Positions 1 through 9,422 of a DNA stretch of 64,000 nt are shown one piece after another. Position numbers and translations under genes: made by a program. The notes below the pieces were generated by a model, which was not told the DNA's origin, did no database searches, and saw only the letters and a list, made by a program, of their open reading frames with translations. This DNA is from Methyloversatilis sp. Lineage in GTDB: Bacteria > Pseudomonadota > Gammaproteobacteria > Burkholderiales > Rhodocyclaceae. The stretch spans positions 137,532-201,531 of the forward strand of contig JAEUNO010000019.1 in NCBI GenBank assembly GCA_016791045.1, written 5' to 3'. Position 1 is the stretch's first letter, and each line of letters begins with the position of its first letter.

Positions 1-1
1 G

Positions 2-145
2 ACCCGGGTGGCGCACGGCATGCAGGGCATCCTGCGCATCACCGAACAGACCACGGTCGGCACCAAGCAGACCGCACTATCCATCGGACAGCTGGCCGAT
101 CTGGCGGCTGAACTCAAAGGCTCGGTCGCGGGCTTCAAGGTATGA
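2..145 (+). CDS. 3' end of a methyl-accepting chemotaxis protein (PilJ-like); 5' part lies outside the window
   Basis: Frame 2 reads ...TRVAHGMQGILRITEQTTVGTKQTALSIGQLADLAAELKGSVAGFKV-stop, a typical MCP signalling-domain C-terminus. Its TGA (143-145) overlaps the chpA ATG (ATGA), matching pilJ-chpA order in Pil-Chp clusters. Confidence 0.55.
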   Translation, partial: TRVAHGMQGILRITEQTTVGTKQTALSIGQLADLAAELKGSVAGFKV

Positions 146-3100
146 ACACGACGCCCTCCACCCATCAGGATCTGGGCCCGCTGATCTGGGTCCGCGGCGA
201 AATCGATCTGGCGCTCATCCGCGCGTCCGAAGCACTCGGCAACGAAGATCATCCGGCAGGCGCCGAGCCGCTCAAGTTCGCGCAGACCCATCTGCACCAG
301 GCGCGTGGCGCGCTGGCCATCGTCGGTCTCGATGGCCTGACCCATTTCTGCGACGCACTCGAACAGATGTTCGCCGACTGGCATGCCGGCCGTCTGGCCA
401 GCAGCCGGGGCGCCGCAGCGCTGGCCCAGCGCGCCATTGCGTCGGTGCGCGGTCACCTCGACGAACTGGTGGCCGGCGGCGTCGACCAGCCGATGCGGCT
501 GATGCCGCTGTATCGCGACCTGATGGCGCTGCGCGGCGAAACCGTGGTGGTGCCGTCCGAACTGTTCTTCCCCGATCTCACCCTGCGCCCGCCGACGCCG
601 GCCCAGCCGGCACCGCAACTGTCGCCACTCGACCGCGCGCGTGCGCTGCGTGCGGCGCGCAGCCAGTTCGAACGTGGTCTGCTGCGCTTTCTGCGCGACG
701 ATCGCGAAGGTCTGCCGCAGATGCGTCAGGCCATCGGTGCCATCGAACAGATGCAATCGGCACCGGCGACCCGCGCCTTCTGGTGGGTCTGCGGTGCGCT
801 GACCGACGGTCTGGCCCAGGGCGCCATCCGGGGCGATTTCTTCATCAAGCGGCTGTGCGCGCGCATGGACGTACAGATGCGCCGGCTGCTCGAAGGCTCG
901 CGCGGCGTGGCCGAACGGCTGATGCGCGATTCGCTGTACTTCATTGCGACCGCCGATCAGGTGACGCCGCATATCCGTCAGGTGCGGGATACCTACCAGC
1001 TCGACGCCCTGCTGGCGCCAAGTGACATCGCCGGGCACGATGACTTCGGATCGCTGCGCCCGGCGCTGGCCGCCCTGCGCGAATCACTCGGTCAGGGCAA
1101 GGACGCATGGACCCGTTTTTCGTCGGGTGCAGCGGTCGGCCTGCCGCAGTTCCATGAACAATGCGAAGCCATGGTCGCTGCGGCAGCCCGCGTCGGCCAG
1201 CCGGATCTGGCGCGCCTGGCCGCCGCGCTGCTCGACCTTGGGCAGTGGCTGCGCCGCGATCCGCTGCAGCACACCGAAAACCTGGCGATGGAAGTCGCCA
1301 CCGCACTGCTGGTGATGGACGCACTGGTCGAACAGTTCAGCCGCGCGCAGAGCGAAGACCTGCCGAGCCAGGTCGACACGCTGATCGACCGTCTCGCGCG
1401 GGCGCGCCGCGGCGAGACGCTGCCGGCGATGCAGATCCCGCTGTTCGACGAAATGTCGCGCCGCGCGCAGGAACGTCTGTTCATGGGTCAGGTGGCGCGC
1501 GAAATCATGGCCAGCCTGGCCGATGTCGAACAGCAACTCGATGGCTATTTCCGTGACCCGTCTCGCGCAGCCGAACTGACGTCGCTGGCCGGCCCGCTGA
1601 AGCAGATCGACGGCGCCCTGAACATGCTGGGGCAGGACGCCGCCGTGTCGCTGGTGCGTCGCGCCGCGGCACAGATCGCCGACATGGCGAAGCCGGAGCA
1701 CGAAATCGTCGACGGCGAGTTCGAAGCGCTGGCGCACCAGCTGTCCGGTCTCGGCTTCTTCGTCGACAAGCTGCAGTACGGCCCGGCCGACCTCGATCTC
1801 ATCCTGAATCCGCGCAGTGCGGCACAGGATGCCGCCGACTCGGGCAACGGCGCCAGCGTCGAATCCGAACTGGCCCAGCGGCGCGAACAGGCGGCGCAAC
1901 TGCTCGACCGGCTGTCGCACGGCGGCGCCGACGCGCGTACGCGCGATGAATTGCGCCAGGCGCTGGAAACCATCCGGCAGGACGCCAAGCTGCTCGCCGA
2001 CGAAAAGCTCGAGCAGCGGGCCACCGAAGCACTGGCCGCGCTCAAGGCGGGTGAAGCGGTACCCGATGCCGCCATCGCCGACGCGGTGCAGGGCATCGGC
2101 CAGACGCCGATCGAGTCGCTCGCGCCGTCGGCCGACACGGTGCGTCTGGCCGAAGCCAGCCAGGAGGATTTCGACGCCGAACTGCTCGAAATCTTCATCG
2201 AGGAAGCGCGCGAAGTGCTGGAGACCATGGCGTCGAGCACCGACGCCGCCCGGCTGCAGCCGCACAGCCAGGACCTGCTGACCACGCTGCGGCGCGGCTT
2301 CCACACGCTCAAGGGCAGCGGCCGCATGGTCGGCCTGCGCGATCTGGGCGAAGCGGCGTTTGCGGTCGAGCAGGTCATGAACCGCTGGCTGGGCAGCGAG
2401 CGCGACGGCACACCGGAACTGTTCGATCTGCTGGACGGTGCACGAATGCTGTTCGCCGGCTGGGTCGACCGCCTGGCGCAGGGCGATACCCGTTCGCCGG
2501 AGCACGACTGGCTGCAGCCGGCCTGCGACGCGATACAGACACACGACGGCGAGCCCGCTGCCGCGCCGGCCCCCGCAACACCGGCTGAAGACACGGTATC
2601 CGACGTTGCCGTCGCAGGCGGCGATCTCGACCTGGACATCGATTTCGATTTCGATCTGGAGGCGGACACGCCGGCCGCCGAACCGGTGGCCGCCGGCGCC
2701 TTCGAGCCCGACGCCGGCCTCGATTCGGTGACCAACATCGTCGCGCTGGACGCACCGCTTGACGCCACGGGCGGCGATGTCGACCTCGAACTCGATTTCG
2801 ACCTCGAGGCACCGGGCGTCGAACTGACGCTGCCGGAAAGCACGATAGACATCACGTCCGACATCGACGCCGAAGAGCGCGCACTCGATGCCGGCGCCGA
2901 CCGCACGCTGTTCGACCTGTTCCTCGCCGAGGCGCGTGGCCATGTCGCCACGCTGCGGCGCGAACTGACGCGACTGCACATCAATCCGTCGCTACGCCCG
3001 AGCCAGGACAGCCTGCTCGCCGCGCATACGCTGGGCGGCATTTCGCTCACCGTCAATCAGGACGACATCAGCGCGCTGGCGCGCGCGCTCGAACATGCGC

Positions 3101-5817
3101 TGCTGCGTTGCGAAGCGCGCGGCGAGGCACCGCAAGCCGACCAGTCCGCGCTGCTCAACAGCGCCGCCAGCACGCTGGAAGCTCAGATCGCCGCCATCGG
3201 CGGCGGTGCGATCGCGACCCCTGCGCCCGAACTGATCGCCCGGCTCGATGCGCTGTTTGGCATCGCCCCCGTGGTCCCGGAGACGGTCGAGCTGCAGGTG
3301 CTCGAACTGCCGGACATGGACATCACCCCGGTTGGCAACGTCACCGAAGTGCTGGCAGAAGCGCCCGAACCGCAGCAACCGGAAGCGATCGAAATTGCGG
3401 ACGAAGCGCCTGTCCCGGACGAACCCGGGCCGGACGTCATCGTGGACCACCTGCCGGCGGTGACCGCATTCGAGAAGGTCACGTTGCCCGACGAGTATGT
3501 GCTGGCCGGGGCGGCCGGCAATGACGCACAGCCGTTCGAACTGGCACGCCTGCCGGCGGCGCGCGCCGCCGTGCCGGCAGACAGCGTGCAGGCATCCGTG
3601 GTGCCGGATGAAATCGACCATCAGCTGCTGCCGATCTTCATCGAGGAAGCGCACGACCTGCTGCGGGAAATCGGCAGCGAACTGCGCAGCTGGCGAGACA
3701 ACGCCGACGCGCTGAGCGCGTCGGACGCTTTGCGCAGGCAGATGCATACACTCAAGGGCAGTGCCCGCATGGCCGGCGTGATGCGCTTCGGCGATCTGGT
3801 GCACAGCATGGAAACGCTGATCGAGCAGCCGTGCGCGCCCGACGATCGCACCTTGCTGCTCGACGAACTCGATCTCGGCTACGACCGCTGCGAGGAACTG
3901 GTGGCGAAGCTGGAACGCGGCGAAGCCCTGGTGCCGGAAGCCGTGGCGACCGAGGATGCGGCGGCCCAGACGCCTGCGGCCGAAGACGATGCCGGCGTGC
4001 CGCGCGAGCGGCCGTCGGTACGCGTGCGTTCCGACATGGTCGACCGCTTCGTCAACGAAGCCGGTGAAATGAGCATCGCGCGCACCCGCATCGAGGGCGA
4101 ACTGCGCTCGCTGCGCGGCTCGCTGAATGACCTGACGGAAAACGTGCAGCGCCTGCGCAGCCAGCTGCGCGAGATCGAGATCCAGGCCGAGAGCCAGATG
4201 CAGTCGCGGATGGCCGCGGCCGAGGCGCAGCACGAACAGTTCGACCCGCTCGAAATGGATCGCTTCACGCGCTTCCAGGAACTGTCGCGCATGATGGCCG
4301 AAAGCCTGTCCGACGTGACCACGGTGCAGTACAACCTGGTGCGCAACCTCGATGCGGCGGATACCGCCATCCAGTCGCAGGCGCGGCTGAACCGCGACCT
4401 GTCGCAGGCGCTGATGTCAGTGCGCATGGTGCCGTTCTCGACGCTGGAAGACCGGCTGTACCGGGTGGCCCGCCAGTCGGCCAAGGAAACCGGCAAGAAG
4501 GTCAATCTGGAACTGAACAACACGCGCATCGAACTCGACCGCGAAGTGCTGGAAAAGATGACCGGCCCGATCGAGCACCTGCTGCGCAATGCGGTGGCTC
4601 ACGGCATCGAGCCGCGTGCGACACGCGAAGCGGCGGGCAAGTCGGAAACCGGTGAAATCGTCATCTCGCTGACCCAGCAGACCAACGAAGTCGTCATCGA
4701 ACTGGTCGACGACGGCGGTGGCCTGGCGTTCGAACGCATCCGCGCACGCGCCATCGAACGCGGCCTGCTCGGCGCGGACGAGGAGGCGGACGAACGCCGG
4801 CTGACCGGTCTCATCTTCGAGCCGGGCTTCTCGACCGCCGAACAGCTGTCGGAACTGGCCGGCCGGGGTGTCGGCATGGACGTGGTGAAGAGCGCCACGA
4901 CCGCCCTCGGCGGCCGTATCGAAACCACGTCGGAAGCCGGTCGCGGCACGCGTTTCAGGCTGTCGCTGCCGATGACGCTGGCGGTGACCCAGTCACTGCT
5001 GGTGAGCAGCGGCGGCAAGACCTACGCCATTCCGTCGTCGATGGTGAAGCACGCCCGCGAGCTGAGCGACGACGAAGCGGTTGCACTCCGTCTGGCCGGT
5101 GGCCAGGACTGGATGGACCACCACTACACCTATCATTACCTGCCCCGTCTGCTCGGCAATGCCGATGCCCAGCCGGGCACCGGCACCTGGCTGCTGCTGC
5201 TCGGCGCCGGCAACGAACTGATGGCGCTCGAGGCAGACGGACTGCGCGGCAACCAGGAAGTAGTGGTGAAGCCGGTCGGACCGCAACTGTCGCGACTGGC
5301 CGGCATCGCCGGCGCCACCGTGCTGGCGGATGGCGAAGTCACGCTCATCATCAACCCGGTGTCGCTGGCGTCGCGCATCGGTCGCATGGCCGACCGACCC
5401 GACATCGTGCGCGCCGTGCCGGAAGTGCCGGAAGCCCTGCCGCCGCTGATCATGGTGGTGGACGACTCGCTGACCGTGCGCAAGGTGAGCAGCCGGCTGC
5501 TCGAACGCGAGGGTTACCGCGTCATCACGGCGAAGGATGGTGTCGATGCGCTGGAAAAGATGGCCGACAAGCTGCCGGCGGTGATGCTGGTCGATATCGA
5601 AATGCCGCGCATGGACGGCTTCGAGCTGACGTTGAAGGTGCGCGCTGACGAACGCACGCGCGACATTCCCATCGTGATGATCACCTCGCGCATCGCCGAA
5701 AAGCATCAAGCCTATGCACGCGAGATCGGCGTGAACGAATATCTCGGCAAGCCCTACGACGAAACGCACCTGCTGCGGCGGGTGGCGGACTTCACCGGCG
5801 GCAGCGGCCGTAGATGA
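142..5817 (+). CDS. chpA: ChpA/PilL-type hybrid chemosensory histidine kinase (multi-Hpt, HATPase, CheW-like, C-terminal receiver) of the type IV pilus Pil-Chp pathway
   Basis: 1891-aa ORF. Canonical Hpt motifs FHTLKGSGRMVGL (His codon 2302-2304) and MHTLKGSARMAGV (His codon 3745-3747), plus a degenerate Hpt-like segment (AHTLGGISLTV). Kinase boxes HLLRNAVAHGIE, DDGGGL and GRGVGMDVV; CheW-like segment; receiver IMVVDDS...MLVDIEMPRMDG...LGKP. Confidence 0.9.
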   Translation: MNTTPSTHQDLGPLIWVRGEIDLALIRASEALGNEDHPAGAEPLKFAQTHLHQARGALAIVGLDGLTHFCDALEQMFADWHAGRLASSRGAAALAQRAIASVRGHLDELVAGGVDQPMRLMPLYRDLMALRGETVVVPSELFFPDLTLRPPTPAQPAPQLSPLDRARALRAARSQFERGLLRFLRDDREGLPQMRQAIGAIEQMQSAPATRAFWWVCGALTDGLAQGAIRGDFFIKRLCARMDVQMRRLLEGSRGVAERLMRDSLYFIATADQVTPHIRQVRDTYQLDALLAPSDIAGHDDFGSLRPALAALRESLGQGKDAWTRFSSGAAVGLPQFHEQCEAMVAAAARVGQPDLARLAAALLDLGQWLRRDPLQHTENLAMEVATALLVMDALVEQFSRAQSEDLPSQVDTLIDRLARARRGETLPAMQIPLFDEMSRRAQERLFMGQVAREIMASLADVEQQLDGYFRDPSRAAELTSLAGPLKQIDGALNMLGQDAAVSLVRRAAAQIADMAKPEHEIVDGEFEALAHQLSGLGFFVDKLQYGPADLDLILNPRSAAQDAADSGNGASVESELAQRREQAAQLLDRLSHGGADARTRDELRQALETIRQDAKLLADEKLEQRATEALAALKAGEAVPDAAIADAVQGIGQTPIESLAPSADTVRLAEASQEDFDAELLEIFIEEAREVLETMASSTDAARLQPHSQDLLTTLRRGFHTLKGSGRMVGLRDLGEAAFAVEQVMNRWLGSERDGTPELFDLLDGARMLFAGWVDRLAQGDTRSPEHDWLQPACDAIQTHDGEPAAAPAPATPAEDTVSDVAVAGGDLDLDIDFDFDLEADTPAAEPVAAGAFEPDAGLDSVTNIVALDAPLDATGGDVDLELDFDLEAPGVELTLPESTIDITSDIDAEERALDAGADRTLFDLFLAEARGHVATLRRELTRLHINPSLRPSQDSLLAAHTLGGISLTVNQDDISALARALEHALLRCEARGEAPQADQSALLNSAASTLEAQIAAIGGGAIATPAPELIARLDALFGIAPVVPETVELQVLELPDMDITPVGNVTEVLAEAPEPQQPEAIEIADEAPVPDEPGPDVIVDHLPAVTAFEKVTLPDEYVLAGAAGNDAQPFELARLPAARAAVPADSVQASVVPDEIDHQLLPIFIEEAHDLLREIGSELRSWRDNADALSASDALRRQMHTLKGSARMAGVMRFGDLVHSMETLIEQPCAPDDRTLLLDELDLGYDRCEELVAKLERGEALVPEAVATEDAAAQTPAAEDDAGVPRERPSVRVRSDMVDRFVNEAGEMSIARTRIEGELRSLRGSLNDLTENVQRLRSQLREIEIQAESQMQSRMAAAEAQHEQFDPLEMDRFTRFQELSRMMAESLSDVTTVQYNLVRNLDAADTAIQSQARLNRDLSQALMSVRMVPFSTLEDRLYRVARQSAKETGKKVNLELNNTRIELDREVLEKMTGPIEHLLRNAVAHGIEPRATREAAGKSETGEIVISLTQQTNEVVIELVDDGGGLAFERIRARAIERGLLGADEEADERRLTGLIFEPGFSTAEQLSELAGRGVGMDVVKSATTALGGRIETTSEAGRGTRFRLSLPMTLAVTQSLLVSSGGKTYAIPSSMVKHARELSDDEAVALRLAGGQDWMDHHYTYHYLPRLLGNADAQPGTGTWLLLLGAGNELMALEADGLRGNQEVVVKPVGPQLSRLAGIAGATVLADGEVTLIINPVSLASRIGRMADRPDIVRAVPEVPEALPPLIMVVDDSLTVRKVSSRLLEREGYRVITAKDGVDALEKMADKLPAVMLVDIEMPRMDGFELTLKVRADERTRDIPIVMITSRIAEKHQAYAREIGVNEYLGKPYDETHLLRRVADFTGGSGRR

Positions 5818-5848
5818 AACCCGGGGACGCCCTGCGCCCCCGGGTTTC
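5816..5848. terminator. Bidirectional terminator-like hairpin between convergent chpA and phaC
   Basis: Perfect 11-bp inverted repeat GAAACCCGGGG (5816-5826) / CCCCGGGTTTC (5838-5848) with an 11-nt loop. Overlaps the chpA stop codon. Only short A/T runs in the arms. Confidence 0.5.
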
Positions 5849-5857
5849 AGGCCCGCA

Positions 5858-7690
5858 TCAACCCTTCACCGTGTCCAGACGCAGCTTGGCGTAACGGCCC
5901 GGCGCATCTTCGATCACCTTCAGCTTGCCCTTGGCCGGGTCGCGCGCCGGCACCATGTCGGCGTCGAGCGCGGTCACCCACTGCTGCCAGTCGGTCCACC
6001 ATGAACCGGTGTGTTGCGTGCAGCCCTCCAGCCAAGCGTCGGCGTCGGCTGCCAGCTTCGGCGAGGCATTGGTCCAGTACCCGTACTTGTTGGCTGCCGG
6101 CGGATTGACGATGCCGGCGATGTGGCCGGAGCCGCCGAGCACGAAGCGGGTCGGGCCCGACAGCAGCGTGGCGCCGGTGTAGGTGCTCTTCCACGGCGCG
6201 ATGTGGTCTTCGATGGCCGAAATGAAATACACCGGCTGCTTGATCTTGCGGATGTCGATCGGCTCACCGAGCACCGTGATGCCACCCGGCTCGCGCAGCT
6301 TGTTGTGGATGTACATCTGGCGCAGGTAGTAGCTGTGCATGCAGGCCGGCATGCGGGTCGAGTCGGAATTCCAGTACAGCAGGTCGAACGGGAAGGGCTC
6401 GCGACCCATCAGGTAGTTGTTCACGACGAACGACCAGATCAGGTCGTTCGAACGCAGCATGTTGAAGGTGCCGGCCATTTCCGACCCTTCGAGATAGCCG
6501 CGCGAGAACATCTTCTTTTCCAGCCCTTCGACCGCCTTCTCATCGATGAACACGCCCAGCTCGCCCGGTTCGGAGAAGTCGATCAGCGTGGTGAAGAAGG
6601 TCGCGCTGGCGATCCGCTTGTCCTTCTTCGCCGACAGATAGGCCAGCGTGGTGGCCAGCAGCGTGCCGCCGAGGCAGTAGCCGGCCGCATTCACTTCGGT
6701 TTCGCCGGTCTGCTTCGTGATCAGGTCGAGTGCGGCCAGCGGGCCCTGTTCCACATAGTCCTCGAAAGTCAGCTGCGACAGCTTTTCGTCCGGATTGACC
6801 CAGGAGATCACGAAGACGGTGTGGCCCTGGTCGGTCGCCCACTTGATGTAGCTGTTCGAGTCACGCAGATCGAGGATGTAGTACTTGTTGATCCAGGGCG
6901 GCACGATGAGCAGCGGGCGCTTGAACTGCTGTTCGGTCGTCGGGTTGAACTGCAGCAGCTGCATCAATGCGTTCTCGCCCACCACCTTGCCCTGCGTGGT
7001 GGCCACGTTGCGGCCCAGTTCGAACGCCGTGGTGTCGGTCATGCGCACGCGCAGCTGGCCATCACCGTCCTCGATGTCGCGCAGCAGGTTGTTGAAACCC
7101 TTCAGCAGGTTCTGGCCGTGGCTGCGCACGGTTTCGCGCAGCACTTCGGGGTTGGTCAGCGCGAAATTGCTCGGACTGAATGCGTTGATGGTCTGGCGGG
7201 TGAAGAAATTGACCTTCTGCAGCGTGTGTTCGTCCATGCCTTCGACGTTGCTCACCACGTCATGGATGTGGCGCGCCGAAATCAGGTAGCTCTGCTTGAA
7301 GAAATCGAACAGGAAGTGGCTCTGCCACTCCTCGCCGCGAAAGCGGTTGTCGCCCTTGACCGGGGTGACCACCGGGGCGGCATCGACACCCATGAATTTC
7401 AGCATCGATTGCTGCCAGAGCGTGTAGTAGTCCCACACCAGCCCCATCTGCGCCTGCGCCAGCTTGTACGGGTTGGACAGCAGATGCGACGTCATGTCCA
7501 TGAAGGCCTGGGCGATGCCCAGTTCGTCGGCCGGCGGCGTGATGCCGCGCTTGAGCTGTCGCTGCACGTGGTCACCGAGCAGCTTGGACGCACGTTCGGC
7601 AACCTGGGCATAGGTCTTGGCGACTTCTGCCGGATCGGGCAGGGACGACGCCTCGGGCTGTGTGGTGTCTTTGGTGGCTGGTTTATTCAT
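5858..7690 (-). CDS. phaC: Class I poly(3-hydroxyalkanoate) synthase
   Basis: 610 aa. Lipase-box GYCLGG, PPWINKYYILDL and a PhaC N-terminal region. SD GGGGGAG lies upstream of the ATG. Confidence 0.93.
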   Translation of the reverse strand: MNKPATKDTTQPEASSLPDPAEVAKTYAQVAERASKLLGDHVQRQLKRGITPPADELGIAQAFMDMTSHLLSNPYKLAQAQMGLVWDYYTLWQQSMLKFMGVDAAPVVTPVKGDNRFRGEEWQSHFLFDFFKQSYLISARHIHDVVSNVEGMDEHTLQKVNFFTRQTINAFSPSNFALTNPEVLRETVRSHGQNLLKGFNNLLRDIEDGDGQLRVRMTDTTAFELGRNVATTQGKVVGENALMQLLQFNPTTEQQFKRPLLIVPPWINKYYILDLRDSNSYIKWATDQGHTVFVISWVNPDEKLSQLTFEDYVEQGPLAALDLITKQTGETEVNAAGYCLGGTLLATTLAYLSAKKDKRIASATFFTTLIDFSEPGELGVFIDEKAVEGLEKKMFSRGYLEGSEMAGTFNMLRSNDLIWSFVVNNYLMGREPFPFDLLYWNSDSTRMPACMHSYYLRQMYIHNKLREPGGITVLGEPIDIRKIKQPVYFISAIEDHIAPWKSTYTGATLLSGPTRFVLGGSGHIAGIVNPPAANKYGYWTNASPKLAADADAWLEGCTQHTGSWWTDWQQWVTALDADMVPARDPAKGKLKVIEDAPGRYAKLRLDTVKG

Positions 7691-7714
7691 GGCTCTGGCT
7701 CCCCCGGAAACTGG

Positions 7715-8761
7715 TTATGGCTGGGTGTAACGAAGCACGCCGTCCTGCTTCGGCAGGCGGCGCAGGCGACCCGTCTGCCACAGGTGGTTGAGGTGGGCAA
7801 TCACCTCTCCCATGGCAAAGCGGGTCTGAAAACTGTCGAGTTCGCGCTTGAACAGCGATGGCAGCAGCGCCGCCGCGGTCTGCGGTTCGGCACACAGGCT
7901 CACGATCAGGGCGAGGCGTTCAGCATGGTGCGCCTGAAGCGCATCCACGCGTGCGGCGATACCGACATACGGATCGCCGTGCGCCGGCAGCACCACGGTG
8001 TGGTCGGGCAGCGCGCGAAAAAGTTCGATCGAATCGAGGTACTGGCCGACCGCATCCACCTCCGGCTCGTAGGCCAGCGTGGGCGTATTGGGCGAAATGC
8101 GCGGCAACAGCATGTCACCGGCGATCAGAACCGGATCGTTGGCACGATGAAAGGACAGATGCTCGGGCGAGTGACCGTAACCCGCGATGGCGGTCCAGTC
8201 GTCACCGCCGATGCGCAGGGTTTCGCCGGGCAGGATGCGCCGCATCGCCACCGGCAGTTCGCCGACGACCTGCCGGTAACGCCCGCTTTCGCTGCGCATG
8301 GCATCGGTGTGTCCGGCAGCCAGGCCGTGCAGCACGAAAAAATCCGCCATCAGATTCCGGTCCGACGCCGGTACGGTGCCGAACCAGGCCTGCGCCGTCA
8401 TGTATTCGCCGAGCGACATCCAGATGCGAGCACCGGTCTGCTTCGCGAGCCACTCGCCCAGACCGAAATGGTCAGGGTGGCAGTGCGTGATCAGGATGCG
8501 CCGCACCGGGCGACCGGCGAGGTCGCCGGTCAGGGCGGCCGTCCAGTTGGCGCGTGTCGCGTCGTCGGGAAAACCTGCGTCCACCAGGGTCCAGCATGGT
8601 CCGTTGTCGACGCCGTCCCCCGCCTCATCCTCGATCGCCCACAGATTCACATGGCCGGGTGCGAAAGCGACCGGCATGCGCAACCAGTGGACGCCGCGCG
8701 CCACCTGCACCATGCAGCCGGGCGGAGGAGCGATCGCGGGATGAGCTTCGAGAGCAGACAC
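7715..8761 (-). CDS. MBL-fold metallo-hydrolase (start uncertain: GTG 8761 or ATG 8713)
   Basis: HxHxDH motif ITHCHPDHFG and GYGHSPEH. The track ORF runs to 9172, but the extension crosses a lower-GC, non-coding-looking stretch and collides with the divergent gene at 8978. Only 24 nt separate it from phaC, so probably co-transcribed. Confidence 0.8.
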   Translation of the reverse strand: MSALEAHPAIAPPPGCMVQVARGVHWLRMPVAFAPGHVNLWAIEDEAGDGVDNGPCWTLVDAGFPDDATRANWTAALTGDLAGRPVRRILITHCHPDHFGLGEWLAKQTGARIWMSLGEYMTAQAWFGTVPASDRNLMADFFVLHGLAAGHTDAMRSESGRYRQVVGELPVAMRRILPGETLRIGGDDWTAIAGYGHSPEHLSFHRANDPVLIAGDMLLPRISPNTPTLAYEPEVDAVGQYLDSIELFRALPDHTVVLPAHGDPYVGIAARVDALQAHHAERLALIVSLCAEPQTAAALLPSLFKRELDSFQTRFAMGEVIAHLNHLWQTGRLRRLPKQDGVLRYTQP

Positions 8762-8977
8762 GATGGGCAGCGCAGTCCAAGGCGTTGAATTCCTTGAATG
8801 GTAACCCGAAACGGCCGTGCATTGTGCAGTGCAATATCGAACCTGCTCCCGGAACGCGGCGGCAGGCCTGCCAGGGTCTGTTGTCATTAAACTGCGGGCC
8901 AGGGCGCGGAACACCGGCGGCCGGTCGGCATTAGAGATCTGCGGGTCACCCGATGACCCGAGTATCCGGAGGAAACA

Positions 8978-9304
8978 ATGCGGAAAACGATGTGTGCGCT
9001 GCTGCTCGCGCTGTGCGGCCCGATGGCGTGGGCCGAGGACGAAGACCCGACGAAGTTCGTCACCTTCAGCCAGGATTTCGCCGGCAACTGCGTGTCGCGC
9101 AATTCGGTGCAGCTGCTGGTGGCGAACAGCCATCCGACGCGCACGGTCATGGTGTGGCTCGACCGCTTTCACATGAATGTGGGCACCGGCGACCGCTCGA
9201 AGACGGAAATGAAGCCGGGCGCCGAGCCGGTCCCGCTGGGCTGCTCGCGCACGCTCGACGGGCCGCAGGAGTGGCGTATCGCCCGGGCCAAGTTTCTCGA
9301 CTGA
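8978..9304 (+). CDS. Small secreted protein of unknown function
   Basis: 108 aa. SD GGAGGAAACA precedes the ATG. Signal-peptide-like MRKTMCALLLALCGPMAWAED. High GC3. Confidence 0.55.
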   Translation: MRKTMCALLLALCGPMAWAEDEDPTKFVTFSQDFAGNCVSRNSVQLLVANSHPTRTVMVWLDRFHMNVGTGDRSKTEMKPGAEPVPLGCSRTLDGPQEWRIARAKFLD

Positions 9305-9422
9305 GATCCGATCCGGAGCCGGAAAACTTTGCGCACCGCAAGGCTCGCCCTGCGCAGGGCGGCCCAGGCCGGGGCATACTCGCCGGTGCCGGCTTTCTCC
9401 AACCTGAATTTCGTACTGTCCG

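Noticed and set aside
1084-2979. 631-aa minus-strand ORF (and the overlapping 503-aa ORF at 1545-3056) antisense to chpA
   Set aside because: It lies entirely inside chpA, which has unambiguous Hpt, kinase, CheW and REC signatures. The antisense products are Arg/Ala/Gly-rich low-complexity sequences with no motifs. These are typical shadow ORFs, created by the lack of stop codons in GC-rich DNA.
6011-8788. 925-aa plus-strand ORF antisense to phaC and the MBL hydrolase
   Set aside because: It spans two well-supported minus-strand genes and their intergenic gap. It has no recognisable domain and a composition-driven, Arg/His/Gln-rich sequence.
8762-9172. N-terminal extension of the MBL-hydrolase ORF in the track (similar over-extensions at 26526-26789 apbE, 28401-28940 ybiT, 36473-36901 PilZ-1, 21667-21942 Macro, 30605-30898 HIT, 40835-42424 DUF971 and 53418-53480 atpB)
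   Set aside because: The extensions run through lower-GC or repeat-containing intergenic DNA, overlap neighbouring genes, or precede the position where family homology and signal peptides begin. I chose internal starts instead.
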